NCBI GenBank assembly: GCA_043228905.1
Contig: JBHGNT010000002.1
Span: forward strand, 9,114,001-9,178,000
Source: Azolla caroliniana
Taxonomy: Eukaryota > Plantae > Polypodiophyta
Direction of reading: 5' to 3'
Length of the DNA: 64,000 nt
The translations under genes and the position numbers were made by a program. The notes under the pieces are model-generated. The model did not search any database. It saw only the letters and a program-made list of their open reading frames with translations, and was not told the DNA's origin. Within the stretch, counting starts at the first letter, position 1; every line of letters starts with the position of its first letter. Of this stretch, positions 24,211-36,892 are shown piece after piece.

Positions 24211-25149
24211 CATAGAACGTAATATTCGTGTTTGTGCAAGCATTCGAACATTTGAAAAGGGAAAAATACATGCTCCTTTTTTTTTCAATTTTTTCATATT
24301 AGTATCATTGCAAATTCAGCTCACCCTAGTGGTAAGGAGTCATATTGTTATTGTCTATGTCTTGGGTTTGATTCCTAATTTTCTCCGGTCTCTCTCTATG
24401 TCAAAATTTTATGTTAATGTCATAATAGTTTGTTTTTTCTTTTCATATTATTAGAACTAAGCATAACCTAGTGGTAAGTTGCTTTGCTACTATTACTTGT
24501 GTCTTGGGTTCAATTCCCAACTTTCTCATATCTTTTTGTTACTGTCATGGCAAAATTTAATGTTAGTTTCATATTCCTTTTTCTTCTTTTTCTTTCTTTC
24601 TTTGTTATTAGAAATTAGCTCACCCTAGTGGTAAGTGTTATGCTACTACTTCCTATGTCATGGCAAATTTTTATGTTAGTGTCATGTTCCTTTTTCTTTC
24701 TTTCTTTCTTTCTTTGTTATTAGAAATTAGGTCACCCTAGTGGTAAGTTGTCATGCTACTACTGCCTATGTCATGTTTTCTTCATATTCTCGAATATACA
24801 TTTTATGAGTTTTTGAACATTTGATTATACTTTATAATGACATATTTTGATTCAATCTCTATAGTTCATACTCATTTTTTTGTAAAGTTCTAAAGTGAGG
24901 ATGATAGAGATGTCTTGATTCTTAAGAAACATCCCAAAAGTATGCATGTGATACAATGCAAATATTGCAACCGTACTTATGTTGGTGGTTCGCAATAAAT
25001 TAGAGTCCACTTATTGGGATTGAGAGTGAATCAATATATAATATAGACCATAGTCAATCCAATCCAACTTTGAGATGATTTACCATACACGTTTGATTGA
25101 ATCATTCTTGAATGCAAATGCACGTATGATACGTATGGTTCATTCTATG
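24211..25149 (+). mobile_element. Non-autonomous hAT (939 bp) with BED-finger remnant
   Basis: TIR CATAGAA(C/T)G; perfect 8-bp TSD GTTGGAAG; remnant IQCKYCNRTYVGGSQ*IRVHLLG at about 24945-25020. Confidence 0.88.
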
Positions 25150-28142
25150 GTTGGAAGGATAAAGGCCTATTAGATGACTTACTAAAGTCGTTTTGCAAGA
25201 GACTATGGGCATTGGATATGCTAGCAAAAATAAAGGTTTGGCTGGGGCTTCTTAGCCACAAGGCGGTACCTATAGGGAAGTGGTTGTGTCTTTGTGGTGG
25301 TGAGGTTGGTTGTAAGTTATGTTGACATGCATTGGAATCAATCCCTCACTATTTCTGGAATTGTACAGAGGCGATTAACTTTTGGTGTAGAAACCTCAAA
25401 ATCGTGGCAGCATGCGATGTGAATGGGAAAGTTGTGTGGGGTTCCATATAGGTTCTCATGTTAAACGGGGAAGGTTGGGCAAAATAGTTAACCCACAGGG
25501 ACATGGATTTATAGTGTTGGGTTGTAGCGTGTTCCAATGTGTTAGGGTGAGACCTAGCACAAATTCTGAACTTTTTGAGGAGATATGGGTTGTGGTGGCG
25601 TGCTTATCGGTCTAGCACATTTGGACCAAACATTGCAAGTTTGTTTTTCAGCGGCAAAAGCTTTCATCCGGTGAGGTGATGCTAAACATCTTATTCGAGT
25701 TGGTGGCCTGGTTGCGTGGATGGTATGATTTGATTCAAGGGGATTCAAGGGTTGTAGCATGGTCCAATGTGTTTGGGTGGGACCTAGCACAAATTCTGAA
25801 CTTTTTGAGGAGATATGGCTTATGGTGACGTGCTTATCGGTTTGACACATTTGGACCAAACGTTGCGAGTTTGTTTTTCAGGAGCAAAAGTTTCCATATG
25901 GTGAGGTGATGCTAAACATCTTATTCGAGTTGGTGGCCTGGCTGCATGGACGGTATGGTTCGATTCAAGGGGATTTAGATGAAGTAGAAATGGTAAGGTC
26001 AAAGATTTTATTGAAATGGGGTGGTTCTCCCATGATGGTCAAATCTTCAACAACTACCAAGCACCCAGGTGGCTGTTTCCACCAACAACTCCCAATATTG
26101 GCCATGGGATGTAAATATTGTATGTATAGTTGGGGCGCAAGTAAGTTATCATAGTCGTATTACCCGAATAACGGTTGGGGATTATTTCAAGATTTGTGGG
26201 AGGAAGGGCAACGTGTGTTTTGCTGCTTTTTTTATGGTCTTGGAGTTGTTCCATCGTGTTGTATATATCAATTCCACTAAGGTTGTCTTTGTGGATCTTA
26301 GTGGTGAACTTTGCTATATTTTGTTTGTTAACTTTAAATGTGAAGTAGGGTTTTTTTTTGGAAAAAAAAAATAAATATCAAAATGGTAATGAATTTAGAG
26401 CTACTCAAAACGTCTTAAAGGATGCCAATCCACCCCTTGATGTGTGTTTTAGCAAATGCAATTAAGTTGTGGGTGGGTGATAAATATTCTCAACTTATCA
26501 TCTAACGGGGGAAGGTCTTAGAACCTCAATGGCAATACCAAGATGTCAAGTCAATTAAGAATACTTTAAAAATGTGCATTCTACTCATTATATATGTTTT
26601 AGAATACTCACACATATTCAAAACATATGTGAACGTTTACAACCTTCACTTTTGTAATTATAAAATATTGGATCTCTTTTGCAATTATTATATATGTTTA
26701 TGTTGAATAAGGGAAAAAAGGACAATTGGGCATTATTAGGCAACGCAATTATGTGATTGCTTCTTTTTTCTTCAGTTTGTTGCAACCTACGTCACGACAT
26801 GTCTTCACCATCAAAGTCGTTACATTGTCTTTAAGATCTTATCAAAGTGTGTAAACATGTCAAAATCCAACTTGTTGTTATTGATATAACAAGTATTTTA
26901 CGTAAACTACACATAAAACCATGTGTTAGGCTAGAAAAAGTCTTGAATTCAAATGTTAACTCATTTTGAAGAGTCTATTTACATTTACCTCGTACTCAAC
27001 ACTTGTGTATTGGATTTTTATATTTTTTGTAATAAGCGTTCAACTTCTTCCAAGTCCACTTTATTTACAACCCATTTGTTTCACTTTCTCTAGTTGTGTA
27101 TCCCTCTCAAGACAAATCGAAAGAGTAGAGATAAGGCACCTAAAATTAGACACAATGACATGAAATCAAAGGATTACCATTTTTAGTATGGACCATGATA
27201 TTCCAAAACTTCCCCAAAATAGTAAGTCGCATTTGAGAGCATTAGTGAACATAAAAACACAACATATCCACATGAATGTTGTAGTGCATTGAAGGTACTA
27301 TCCTATTGAAGTTGAGCATTATACAATCATAACGTTCATAAGGATAATTGATACATCACTACTATCTCTAGTTTTTATACCATATACAAGTGGCGTCTTT
27401 ATCTTAATAGAAGGAGAAAACCTCCTATTGAACAAATCGAGTTCATCAATCACACAAGGTAAGGATGAAAAAAAGTTAGTGTTTCATTCTTGTTGGCACA
27501 AAGAACATCTCCCGTTTTTGGCAAAATGGGACATTCATTCAACATGGTTTGAATCCCTCTCAATCCGTGAGTGTGGTCATAAGTCCTTTCAAATGTTCGA
27601 GGAGCTCCTACTCCTAATCCATAAAGTGCTCCAAGCTTCTCTGAGGAATTGCAATACAAACGTCATAATTTGTAAATCAATTGAACGCAGTCCGAAAAGT
27701 TTTGTACATCCTTTTAAGTATTTTTAATTAGAAATATACCTTGACATCTTTTAGATTCCACGTAACCAAAAAGTGTGGGGTTGGGTGCCACATGAATTAT
27801 CCAATTGCCAGTTTCAACAATGCCAACAAGTGAAATGGTGTCGATGTTCATAACATCCAAGGCATGGGCCCCAATGCCAACTAGAGCTAAGAGATGAGTT
27901 CATACGTCACTTCCAAAGCTTGGCTAGCAGGTCTTTTCATATTGTCCAAGGGCCAATACAATTTACATATGAGCAAAAAGGTTTCGGAGCCTCGCCAATT
28001 CCTCATACCTCTCACCATATAACGACAAAAACGTATGCAAACTCACTTTGCCTCTATACACTACTGGCTCCACCTAACATAGAGAAAGAAACCTACACAC
28101 ATGTGCTCTCTATCCCTCGAACGTAAGTGGAAAATGATGTAG

Positions 28143-28350
28143 GATGTAATGAAACACACTCAATTTGGCTTCTTCTCAACACATGTGCTAATATGTGGCC
28201 CTATCCACATCTATCTGCATATGGTATACATGTATATATATATAATTATTAATATATATATATATATATATATGTAGAGAGAGAGAAGGAGGGAGGGAGG
28301 GAAAATGTGTGTGTGTTTCTCTCTCATCTATATGTAGAGCAAAATGTACA

Positions 28351-28384
<34 letters not shown>

Positions 28385-28520
28385 AGATGTGCTCTCAATC
28401 TCTCAAACCTAAGTAGAAAACCATGTAGATGTAAAAGAAACACACTCAATTTGGCTTCTTCTCAACATATGTATGTGCTAATGTGGCCCTATCCATATCT
28501 ATATCCATATCTATCTGTAC
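28143..28520. repeat. ~85-bp direct repeat pair upstream of CIPK, separated by (TA)n/(GA)n/(CT)n tracts
   Basis: GAAACACACTCAATTTGGCTTCTTCTCAACA...GTGGCCCTATCCA at about 28151 and 28437. Confidence 0.85.
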
Positions 28521-28874
28521 ATACATATATCATGTATATGTATACAGTATAGAGAGAGAAAATTTGTCTCTTCTCTCTCTCTCTTTTTCTCTCCTTTTTC
28601 TCCATGTTCTTTATCTAGACTCTAAGAGGGAAGGAAAATCCACCCACTTCCTGCATCTCCATCGACAAAGGTAACCTACAATAATCTGATGTCAACGTTT
28701 AACTCTTTCTCTCTCCTCTGTTCATCTTCCCCTGTTTCTCCACTACCCATTTTTGTTTCCCCTATTTTCTTGTAATTTTGTTTCCCTTCACATCCCCTCT
28801 CCTCTCCCACCCTCTTAGGAAATGAGAATACTTTCTCGGTGATGAGGGCCTTTCCATTACCTTTTTATTGAGTC

Positions 28875-31800
28875 ATGCTAATTCCCAAGAAGAAACACAT
28901 ACACAAACCCAACACTGTTTCAATGGGAAAAACAAGTGGTAATCTGCTCACCAGAGTTGGAAGGTATGAAGTTGGAAGAGTCCTTGGAGAAGGCTCCTTT
29001 GCCACAGTCAAGTTTGCAAGGAATATAGAGACCGGCCAAAATGTTGCAATCAAGATCCTACACAAGGATAAGGTCTTCAAAGAGCAGCTTGTTGAAAGGG
29101 TATTTTCTTAGGACACCTTATTTATTATTCTATGTTGATTCTATGTATCCATTCAATGTATGTTATTCTCATAATGGTTTGTATTCTATCTATCTTTCTA
29201 TCTCACTCCCCCCCCCCCCCCCCCCCCCCCTCTCTCTCTCTATATATATATATAATGTGCAATTCTTATGCAATGATTGTGTTAATTAATATACATGTAA
29301 TTAATGATGAAAGAAGAAACTTGTTGGAAGGGTATGTATATATATGTGTGTGTATTATGGCTTCAACCTTTGTATAAAGTGTATAGATTATTTTGCAATG
29401 ATTATATCGACCTGTATATGTGATTCTTATGCAATATACAATTTATATGCTTCTTATGCAATGGATGTATTGTACTGTATAACGTGTGTTCTCGTCCCAT
29501 GTACAATGTATCTGGTTCTTATGCAATGGATGCATTGACCTATATAATGTGTTCTTCTTATGCAATGGTTGTAGTTGAGATCTGCAATTTTCTAATGGCT
29601 GTAACAACATCCATAGGATGCTTATGCCAATGGCTGTACTAAACCTGCATAATGTGTATATGATTATTTTATGATGCTATGCATATTATGTATGATGTCT
29701 TATGCAATGGTATGCATATCATTGTGTGATATTCTTATTCGTATGCAAATGGGAAGCCAATCTTTTTAAAAATAAACTAATTATTTTAAGTTTTCTACAT
29801 GCAATATTTCCTTTATAAAAGATTGAATATGGAACCAATGGAACCCCATTGAAGCTTTTTTTGCTTTGTTTGTGGTGGCATTTCAATAGATCAAAAGAGA
29901 GATATCCACAATGAAGCTCGTAAAGCACCCCAACATTGTGCAATTATATGAGGTAATAATCCAACAAGCTTCTGCTCTTTTTATTGAATGAATCACCCTT
30001 CTTTTTACCGAATCGGTATATGGAGCTAATCAAACAAAAATACAGATAACATTTGATTGAGAATTGGTTATAAAAGAAAGTAGTGTTTTATTCTACCTTT
30101 TTTTGTGCAAAGATAATGGCGAGCAAATCGAAGATATACCTCGTGCTCGAGTATGTAACCGGTGGCGAGCTTTTCAGCAAGATTGTGAGTGGCTTTTGAA
30201 TTTTCAGAAAACAAAAGAATAACAAAAGAAATAACAAGAAGAAGAGAAAACTAATGAGAAAAACAACTGGTTTATCAATCTCTTATATTCAACCATAGGC
30301 TACAAAAGGAAGACTCAAAGAAGATGAAGCAAGGAAATACTTCCAACAACTTATAAGTGCTGTGAGCTTTTGTCATAGCAAAGGTGTATGCCATAGAGAT
30401 TTAAAGGTTAAACAATGCCAATTTAGCTGTTTTTTTTAATCGTTTTAGTCATTTTTATCTCCTAATTTGTAATCATTCCTAAAGATATCTACACTTAAGC
30501 ATATTCTACATTTTGTCGTAAAAATAATAAATTTGAATTGCTATGCCATTTTCCTTGGCTATGGAACCTTAAATCTGTAAACTCATCAACTCTAAACCGC
30601 AGAACCTTAAACCCTTGAACATTCAAAGCTCTAGAACCTAAAACACTACAACAATATTTGAAATTCGAGATTGTTATCCATTGTGACATTCATATTTTGT
30701 TTCTGTCTCATCTATAATAGCCTGAGAATCTACTCTTGGATAGCTATGGTAACTTGAAGATTTCTGACTTTGGACTGAGTGCCCTTCCTCAACAATTAAG
30801 GGTGAGGCTTCCTTGTTATTATTCCTTTTTTCACTATTGTGCAAATGAAAACCAGGATTTATCTTCGATCTTTGCAAAAAAACTAATGGAATTATCACTT
30901 CATGAATAAATACCTTACAGGAAGATGGACTTCTTCATACAACTTGTGGCACTCCAAACTATGTTGCTCCAGAGGTATGCAGGGATTATCAATATAGATA
31001 TTGTCTGCTAATGTGGCTTCAATGTACATTGTTCCTTGTTGTATTGTGAAAGTTTTTGAATGATTGCAAATTATGAAGAATGTTTTGCAAAAAGATTCAT
31101 TAGGCTTTTTACTGTGGTCATCACGATGATCTCAAGTTCGAAAAGCCATTTTTTAAGATTCTTTTTTGAATTGTGGAAAATATCAGCATAAATTCTTAAT
31201 AAATATTTTAACATTTCTCACTCTTTGTAGTGTGGAAATTATAATAAACACATTTGTTTTGGATATCAAATACATTCCTAAAGTCAATTTACCTATGAAA
31301 CATGAATTTGAATGCCAAACACCTTGCCAAAGACAAGGCACATATGAAACACATCAAGTTGTGCTTTGCAAGTAATGTCTTGTTTTGTTTGTTTGTGTGT
31401 ATGTGTGTGCATATATAACAATAGATATTTCTCTCTGGTTTTAGGTTATTGCTCGTAATGGATACGATGGAGCGCAAGCAGATCTTTGGTCATGTGGAGT
31501 TATTCTGTTTGTTCTGTTATCTGGATTTTTGCCATTTGATGACTCGAACATTATGGTCTTGTATAAAAAAGTGAGCAAAATAAATGTCTGTAGAGAATAA
31601 ATTTTATTTTTTTCATCACGTATATATATAAAGTTCTTATGGGTGAAATCCTACATTTGAGAGACAGATTAAAAGAGCTGAACTGAAGTTCTCTCAATGG
31701 TTTCCTTCTGGAGCATGTAAACTGATAACAAAGATCTTGAATCCAAATCCAAAACTCGTAAGTAATGATTTTACTTTACCTCTTTTTAATGGTTTCATTT

Positions 31801-34207
31801 AGAAAAGCCCAAAGTAAACGATGGAAACCAAAACCAAAGGCCAAATGATCCTGACCAACAAACGAATCAACCACATCAATCTTCAGAATAGGGATTTATC
31901 TACAACGGTTTTAATTATCTATCTGTGATGACAAATTTGACATTTTCAAAGCCCTTTCCTTGTGTTGGGAACACAAAAAACTGACTTAGCACATGAACAC
32001 TACATAATTATTTTAATTCATGCACAGAAAGAGAGATGATGATGATGATATGTGGATATGTTGGAATACCAGAGAATCACCATTGATCAAGTATTAGAAA
32101 ATCCATGGTTCAAGAAGAGCTACAATCCACCCAAGCTTATTGAGGATGAGGATGTGAGTTTAGAGGATGTTGTAGCAGTTTTCAGTGAGTCAAAGGTAAA
32201 TGTTTCCCATCAAATCTATTGACATTTTCCATCATATATTAGTGTCGTTTTAACCATTAAATTTGTGAACTTTTTCTTGAAAGTGATAGGATTAGTTTCT
32301 GATGGGTATCTTCATTTTCTGTGTTAAATTTTTAGGAAGCTTTATTGAAAGAACAGCAGATTGTAAGGCCTGCTTTCTTCAATGCATTTGAGCTGATCTC
32401 CTTGTCAAAGGGCCTTAATCTCTCTGGACTATTTGAAACTCAGCAAGTAAGCTTGATGAAAATATAAAATGAAGATGCATGCTTTAAGGATCACTGACCA
32501 TCATATTGGAGTTATGACTTCTGTTGAGGATTAGATAATACTCTAAAATGAGGTGGTGCATTTGTTATGGATCATATAATACCGAAATGAGTGCATTGTA
32601 TAAGGATCATCTGATATACAAAAATGGGTGTGTTGTATAAGGATCATCTGATATACAAAATTGGGTGCATTGTATTAAGATCATATAATCCCGAAAGGAA
32701 CATCAACAATCATATATTAAAATGGGTGCATTCAGTAAGGATGAACATCCCAATTGGTTGGTGATATCTGTGAAGATATACATATAATATATACTAATGG
32801 GATGGTGAATTCTATAAGGATCATATGTATTAATTTGTGTTGACACAAAAACTCCTCCTTATTTTGGGCAATCTTCTCCGTGTAGGGTATGATGAGAAAT
32901 GAGATACACTTCACATCCAAACACCCTGCTCCAGATATCATCACCAAAATAGAGGAGACTGCAAAGCCACTCGGCTTGAGTGTAAAGAAACAGAACTTCA
33001 AGGTACATACAAAAACATTATTATTATTATTTTCTTCAGAAAACAAAACAGAGAATGCTTCTCTTTTCTTTTCTTTCTTTTTTCTTTTTTGACTAAAGAA
33101 GATTGCTAAGGAAAAATGTATTCTTGAACTTCATTATCAGATACCTGACTCCGACTCGAAAATGATGCTGTTATCAAAACAAACTCCATTTATTTATTTT
33201 TGTACTAAATTCTTTTTGTTGGATTTATATATGTATAGATGAGGCTAGAAGGCGTATTGGGGGGATGCAAAGGCCATCTTTCTATAGCTACTGAGGTTCT
33301 TCTTCTTCTTCGTCTTGTTCTTAAATCCGTTTAATATTTAAAGTGTCATTTAGTTCTTTTTTGTCTTCTTCTAAACTATTAGTGCTGTGGCTGCCTTTAT
33401 GTATGTGTTTTTTTCTGGTTGTGTAGATTTTTGAAGTTGCGCCATCTGTGTGCGTGGTAGAAGTACGGAAGGCTGGTGGAAATGCACTTGAGTCTCATCA
33501 TGTAAAAAAACCCTTCACATCTACTCATTGATAATGTGGTTGCCTTGTTAATAGTCAATACTTTTGTTCTTGTGAGCTGGTTGTTAAAGTTTGTTATTTG
33601 TTAATGTGAGTTGTTTGTGTACAGTAAAACCGTTTGTTGATTGGACTTGTTTGTTACAATGCATTGTTTGTTAATGCGAAGCTGTTTGTCAATGCGAATT
33701 GTTTGTTTAATTTGACTTGTGTGTTGGTATGAAATTGTTTGTTAAAACCGCTTGTTAATTGACCTTGTTTGTTGAAGTACATTGCTTGTTAGGGTGAAGT
33801 TATTTGTCAATGAGGATTATTTGTCAATTTGATTTGTGCGTTAGTGTGAAATTCTTGAAATTCTTTGTCAAAACCTTCCATTAATTGGACTTCTTTGTTA
33901 AAGTCTGCAATGTTTGTTATTGCGACACCGTTTGTCAATGCAAATTGTTTGTTAATGTCACTTGTATGTCATCGTGAAATCATTAGTTAATGTGATCTCT
34001 TGATTTTGTTGTTAGATATCTTAATGTTATATATGAGTTTGATGTGCACAGGAAAGTTTTTTTTTTTGTTTTACTTCAATACATTTGTTGTTATTCTTTT
34101 ATCTTGCCTCAATGCAGGTCTTTGATAACTTCTCAAAGGCAATGAATGATATAATGTGGAAGGATGAAGTGGATACGATCGATGGATTGTGCAAACATAC
34201 TCAATGA
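28875..34207 (+). CDS. CIPK: CBL-interacting Ser/Thr protein kinase (SnRK3), intron-rich clade (CIPK3/9/23/26-like); 447 aa from ATG 28923 or 463 aa from ATG 28875
   Basis: 14 GT-AG, phase-0 exons: 28875/28923-29099, 29890-29952, 30113-30184, 30299-30406, 30721-30801, 30921-30974, 31445-31570, 31668-31757, 32073-32195, 32336-32446, 32886-33002, 33239-33295, 33427-33501, 34118-34207. Motifs [43 protein letters not shown]; the frame is open throughout. Confidence 0.96.
32545..32830. repeat. Degenerate ~37-bp tandem repeats in CIPK intron 10
   Basis: Recurring AAATGGGTGCATTGTATAAGGATCAT(C/A)T units. Confidence 0.7.
33580..33995. repeat. Degenerate TG-rich tandem array (about three 120-130 bp units) in CIPK intron 13
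   Basis: AAAACC..TTAATTGGACTT..TTTGTCAATG..GTGAAAT recurs three times. Confidence 0.7.
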
Positions 34208-36079
34208 ATTCAAACCTCCTCATGTCATTCATCATGATAACTTGAGTTGTGGGCTAATTAGATTGTTGTGATTTGTACAGTTTTCTGAAAAAGTCTCGCT
34301 TGTGGGGCTTTGAAATCATAGCAATATCTTTGGTAGCAAATGTAACCCATTGAAGCTACCTCAAGACGATAGAATGAAATGTTTGCTCCACATAATTTGA
34401 GGCTAAGGTAATTATCTGATAAATGCTGAATATGAACCAAGAAACCCAAAGACAACAATGCAAAGCTACCTTTTCCTTCCAAAAATGATGTCAAAGTGAT
34501 CTATCCATCGTATAAACTATAAAATTAAGAACCACAAATTGACAACAATTTCACTTAGTGGATTCAAAAGATATAAATGTCCAAGCATAAGACTAGTGTA
34601 CCCAACTATTCGAGCTAACACAAAACCTTGAAATACTATTATTGACCATGGAATCTTAACATTTAAGTTTATATAACTATGGTGAAACACTCATTCAACC
34701 AAGCACTTCAACATATTCAAAATCTTAATGCCAATATTGGAATATAGATTATGAAATGCTCAAATCAAACAAGTAATGCATTGGAGATTCATTGAGTTGA
34801 CAACCAATCGCTTGAAGCACATCATTTCTCTTGAGAAAATGTTTGGGAAATGAACATGGAGAATTATTTCAATGTTGAGTTTGAACTATGGATCCATGAA
34901 ATATGATGTTTATGAGATAAACCATCATACTATCATATGAAATGCACATGTAGGGATCTATGGAATGCGATATTTATGAGACAAACGATCATACTATTAT
35001 ATAGTGTTTCTACATAGCAAAAGATGAAGCTTAAGTTAACATATATGGATATATGGAAGTAAGATGAATCCAATTGTAAAATTCTAAAGCAAAAGGTAAG
35101 AAAAAATGTTGTTAATTGGTAAGTCTATAAGTGATGTAAATTATTTCTTGTCCTGTCAACATCCTACATAAAGATAACGAATTCTTTTTCTTTTGTCTTG
35201 ATGAGATCCAATTGACACTAAATAGTACCTCTGTAAGAATACCTTTCTTTAAGCAATAAACCTAATTTCCAAAGTTTCGTAACTCTTTCCTTTCACGATC
35301 CATTGGATCTAGTGATTTGCTAAAGAACGCTTCCATGCCCATGAACCATTATGCTCATTTTCTATGAGAAGAGTGGTTCATTATCACTGCCAAGTGTTAT
35401 TGTGGGGTTGTAAGAGACACTAATTATGGAGGTCATTCTATCCACAAGATTGTATTTCAAAGTCCTTCTAAAAACTACTTTTTTGCTCTGCATTTTTGAC
35501 ATTTTCAAATGAAGAGGCAAATCCAATCTTAGCAAGCCAACTTTGAGGGTACTACTTCTTTGTCCTTGACCAACTTAAGGAGCGAACTTTAATATCAATG
35601 ATGTTCAAGCATAAGGTGAGTACTAGGGGAAACTTAACTATATGACCTATCCATGTTTACCAATGGCCTTTCGAGATAGGCATATATAAAACAATGGATG
35701 TGGGGTCTCGCATAAGCATCGTTTTTGAAGCAACTAGTTAGCTCAGGACCAAAGCTCACACTAACAAGTTTAGTATGAGTTCATTTGTCTTTATAAAATA
35801 TACATGCTAAGCAGTCAACATATTTATACTTTTATTAGCATTGCAACCAATCTTTTCTAAGTACACATGGTTTTAGCAAGGTCCCACATGCATCATTCAA
35901 ACATTGACATGGGTAAATGGTGGGAATTCGGATGTCACAAAGGAGTGACCTCAGGCATTTGATTGTCATGACATCAAGCATTTGATTGTCGTGACATCAA
36001 AACCGGAGAGTTGATCATCAAATTTAGTGAGGGTGGTCAATAGACTATTGATAAAGGTCTTTTGTCAAAGCTTGTTCGG

Positions 36080-36600
36080 TAGTGATGATATTTGAGGATT
36101 CCATGATGGGCTTGCAAATGCCTATGTTAGCAATTACCGATCCAAGGGAAGCCCTAACAACCCCAATAACACCAATAACACCCCCTAAGATAATTGAGTG
36201 CCACTTAGGTTATGAGGTACATGAGAATATTGGATGGACCATGTGTCAAGTCCATCACATGGGGTATGAATGAACATACTTAAACCAATGTAATACCTCG
36301 AATATGCATGTCCTTTGTATTAGCATTTCGAGTGTTGATGACCGTTAAGGATTCCATTATGGGTCTCCAAACGTCTATGTTAGTGGTTACCAATTCAAGC
36401 GAACCCCTAACAACCCCAATACTGCCAATAGAACTCCTAAACATCAATGCTAGTGGTGACCAATTCAACTGAAGCCCTAACACCCCAACACTGCTAATAA
36501 CATCCTCAAGACTACCATAGGCTATGTGGTACATGAGAATATTAAATGCCCAATGTGTCAAGGCCATCACAAGGGGGATGAATAGCCATTTGTAAACCAA
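36080..36600. repeat. Diverged ~250-bp direct duplication
   Basis: AGGATTCCAT.ATGGG..CTATGTTAG..CCCTAACAACCCCAATA at about 36095 and 36348. Confidence 0.75.
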
Positions 36601-36892
36601 CATAGGTTGTAATATTGCACACAATGTAGTGTATTTGTAATGCCCCACCTCGAAAATTGTCGGCGGGCACCTAATGTGAGGTTCAAACAAAAGGGACAAT
36701 AGTGGAATATCCTAAATCGCTAGCTTGGGTGAATCGTCCACCCCCATTGATCCTTTTACCCCAACAACCTCCACTCCCACAAATAGGAACTCGATTAATT
36801 GAGCTAAAATATGAACATGTAGTGGAGGCTCGGGTTTGGAAAAAAACATAAGGATTACAATGATGATGAGGTTTTTCTCACATTAGGCAAAG

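Larger units (their letters stand above)
22615..26372 (+). mobile_element. LINE ORF2 3' part (zf-RVT region) with A-rich tail, interrupted by three insertions
   Basis: Collinear with 36893-38590; insertions at 22942-23197, 23286-23907 and 24211-25149; 230-bp tandem duplication at 25520/25750; tail TTTTGGAAAAAAAAAA. Confidence 0.85.

Noticed and set aside
26400-28080. Possible highly decayed transposase/integrase remnants upstream of CIPK
   Set aside because: No motif could be read with confidence; needs tBLASTx/HMM search.
34300-36050. Possible gene or TE relic downstream of CIPK
   Set aside because: No recognisable ORF, splice pattern or termini.
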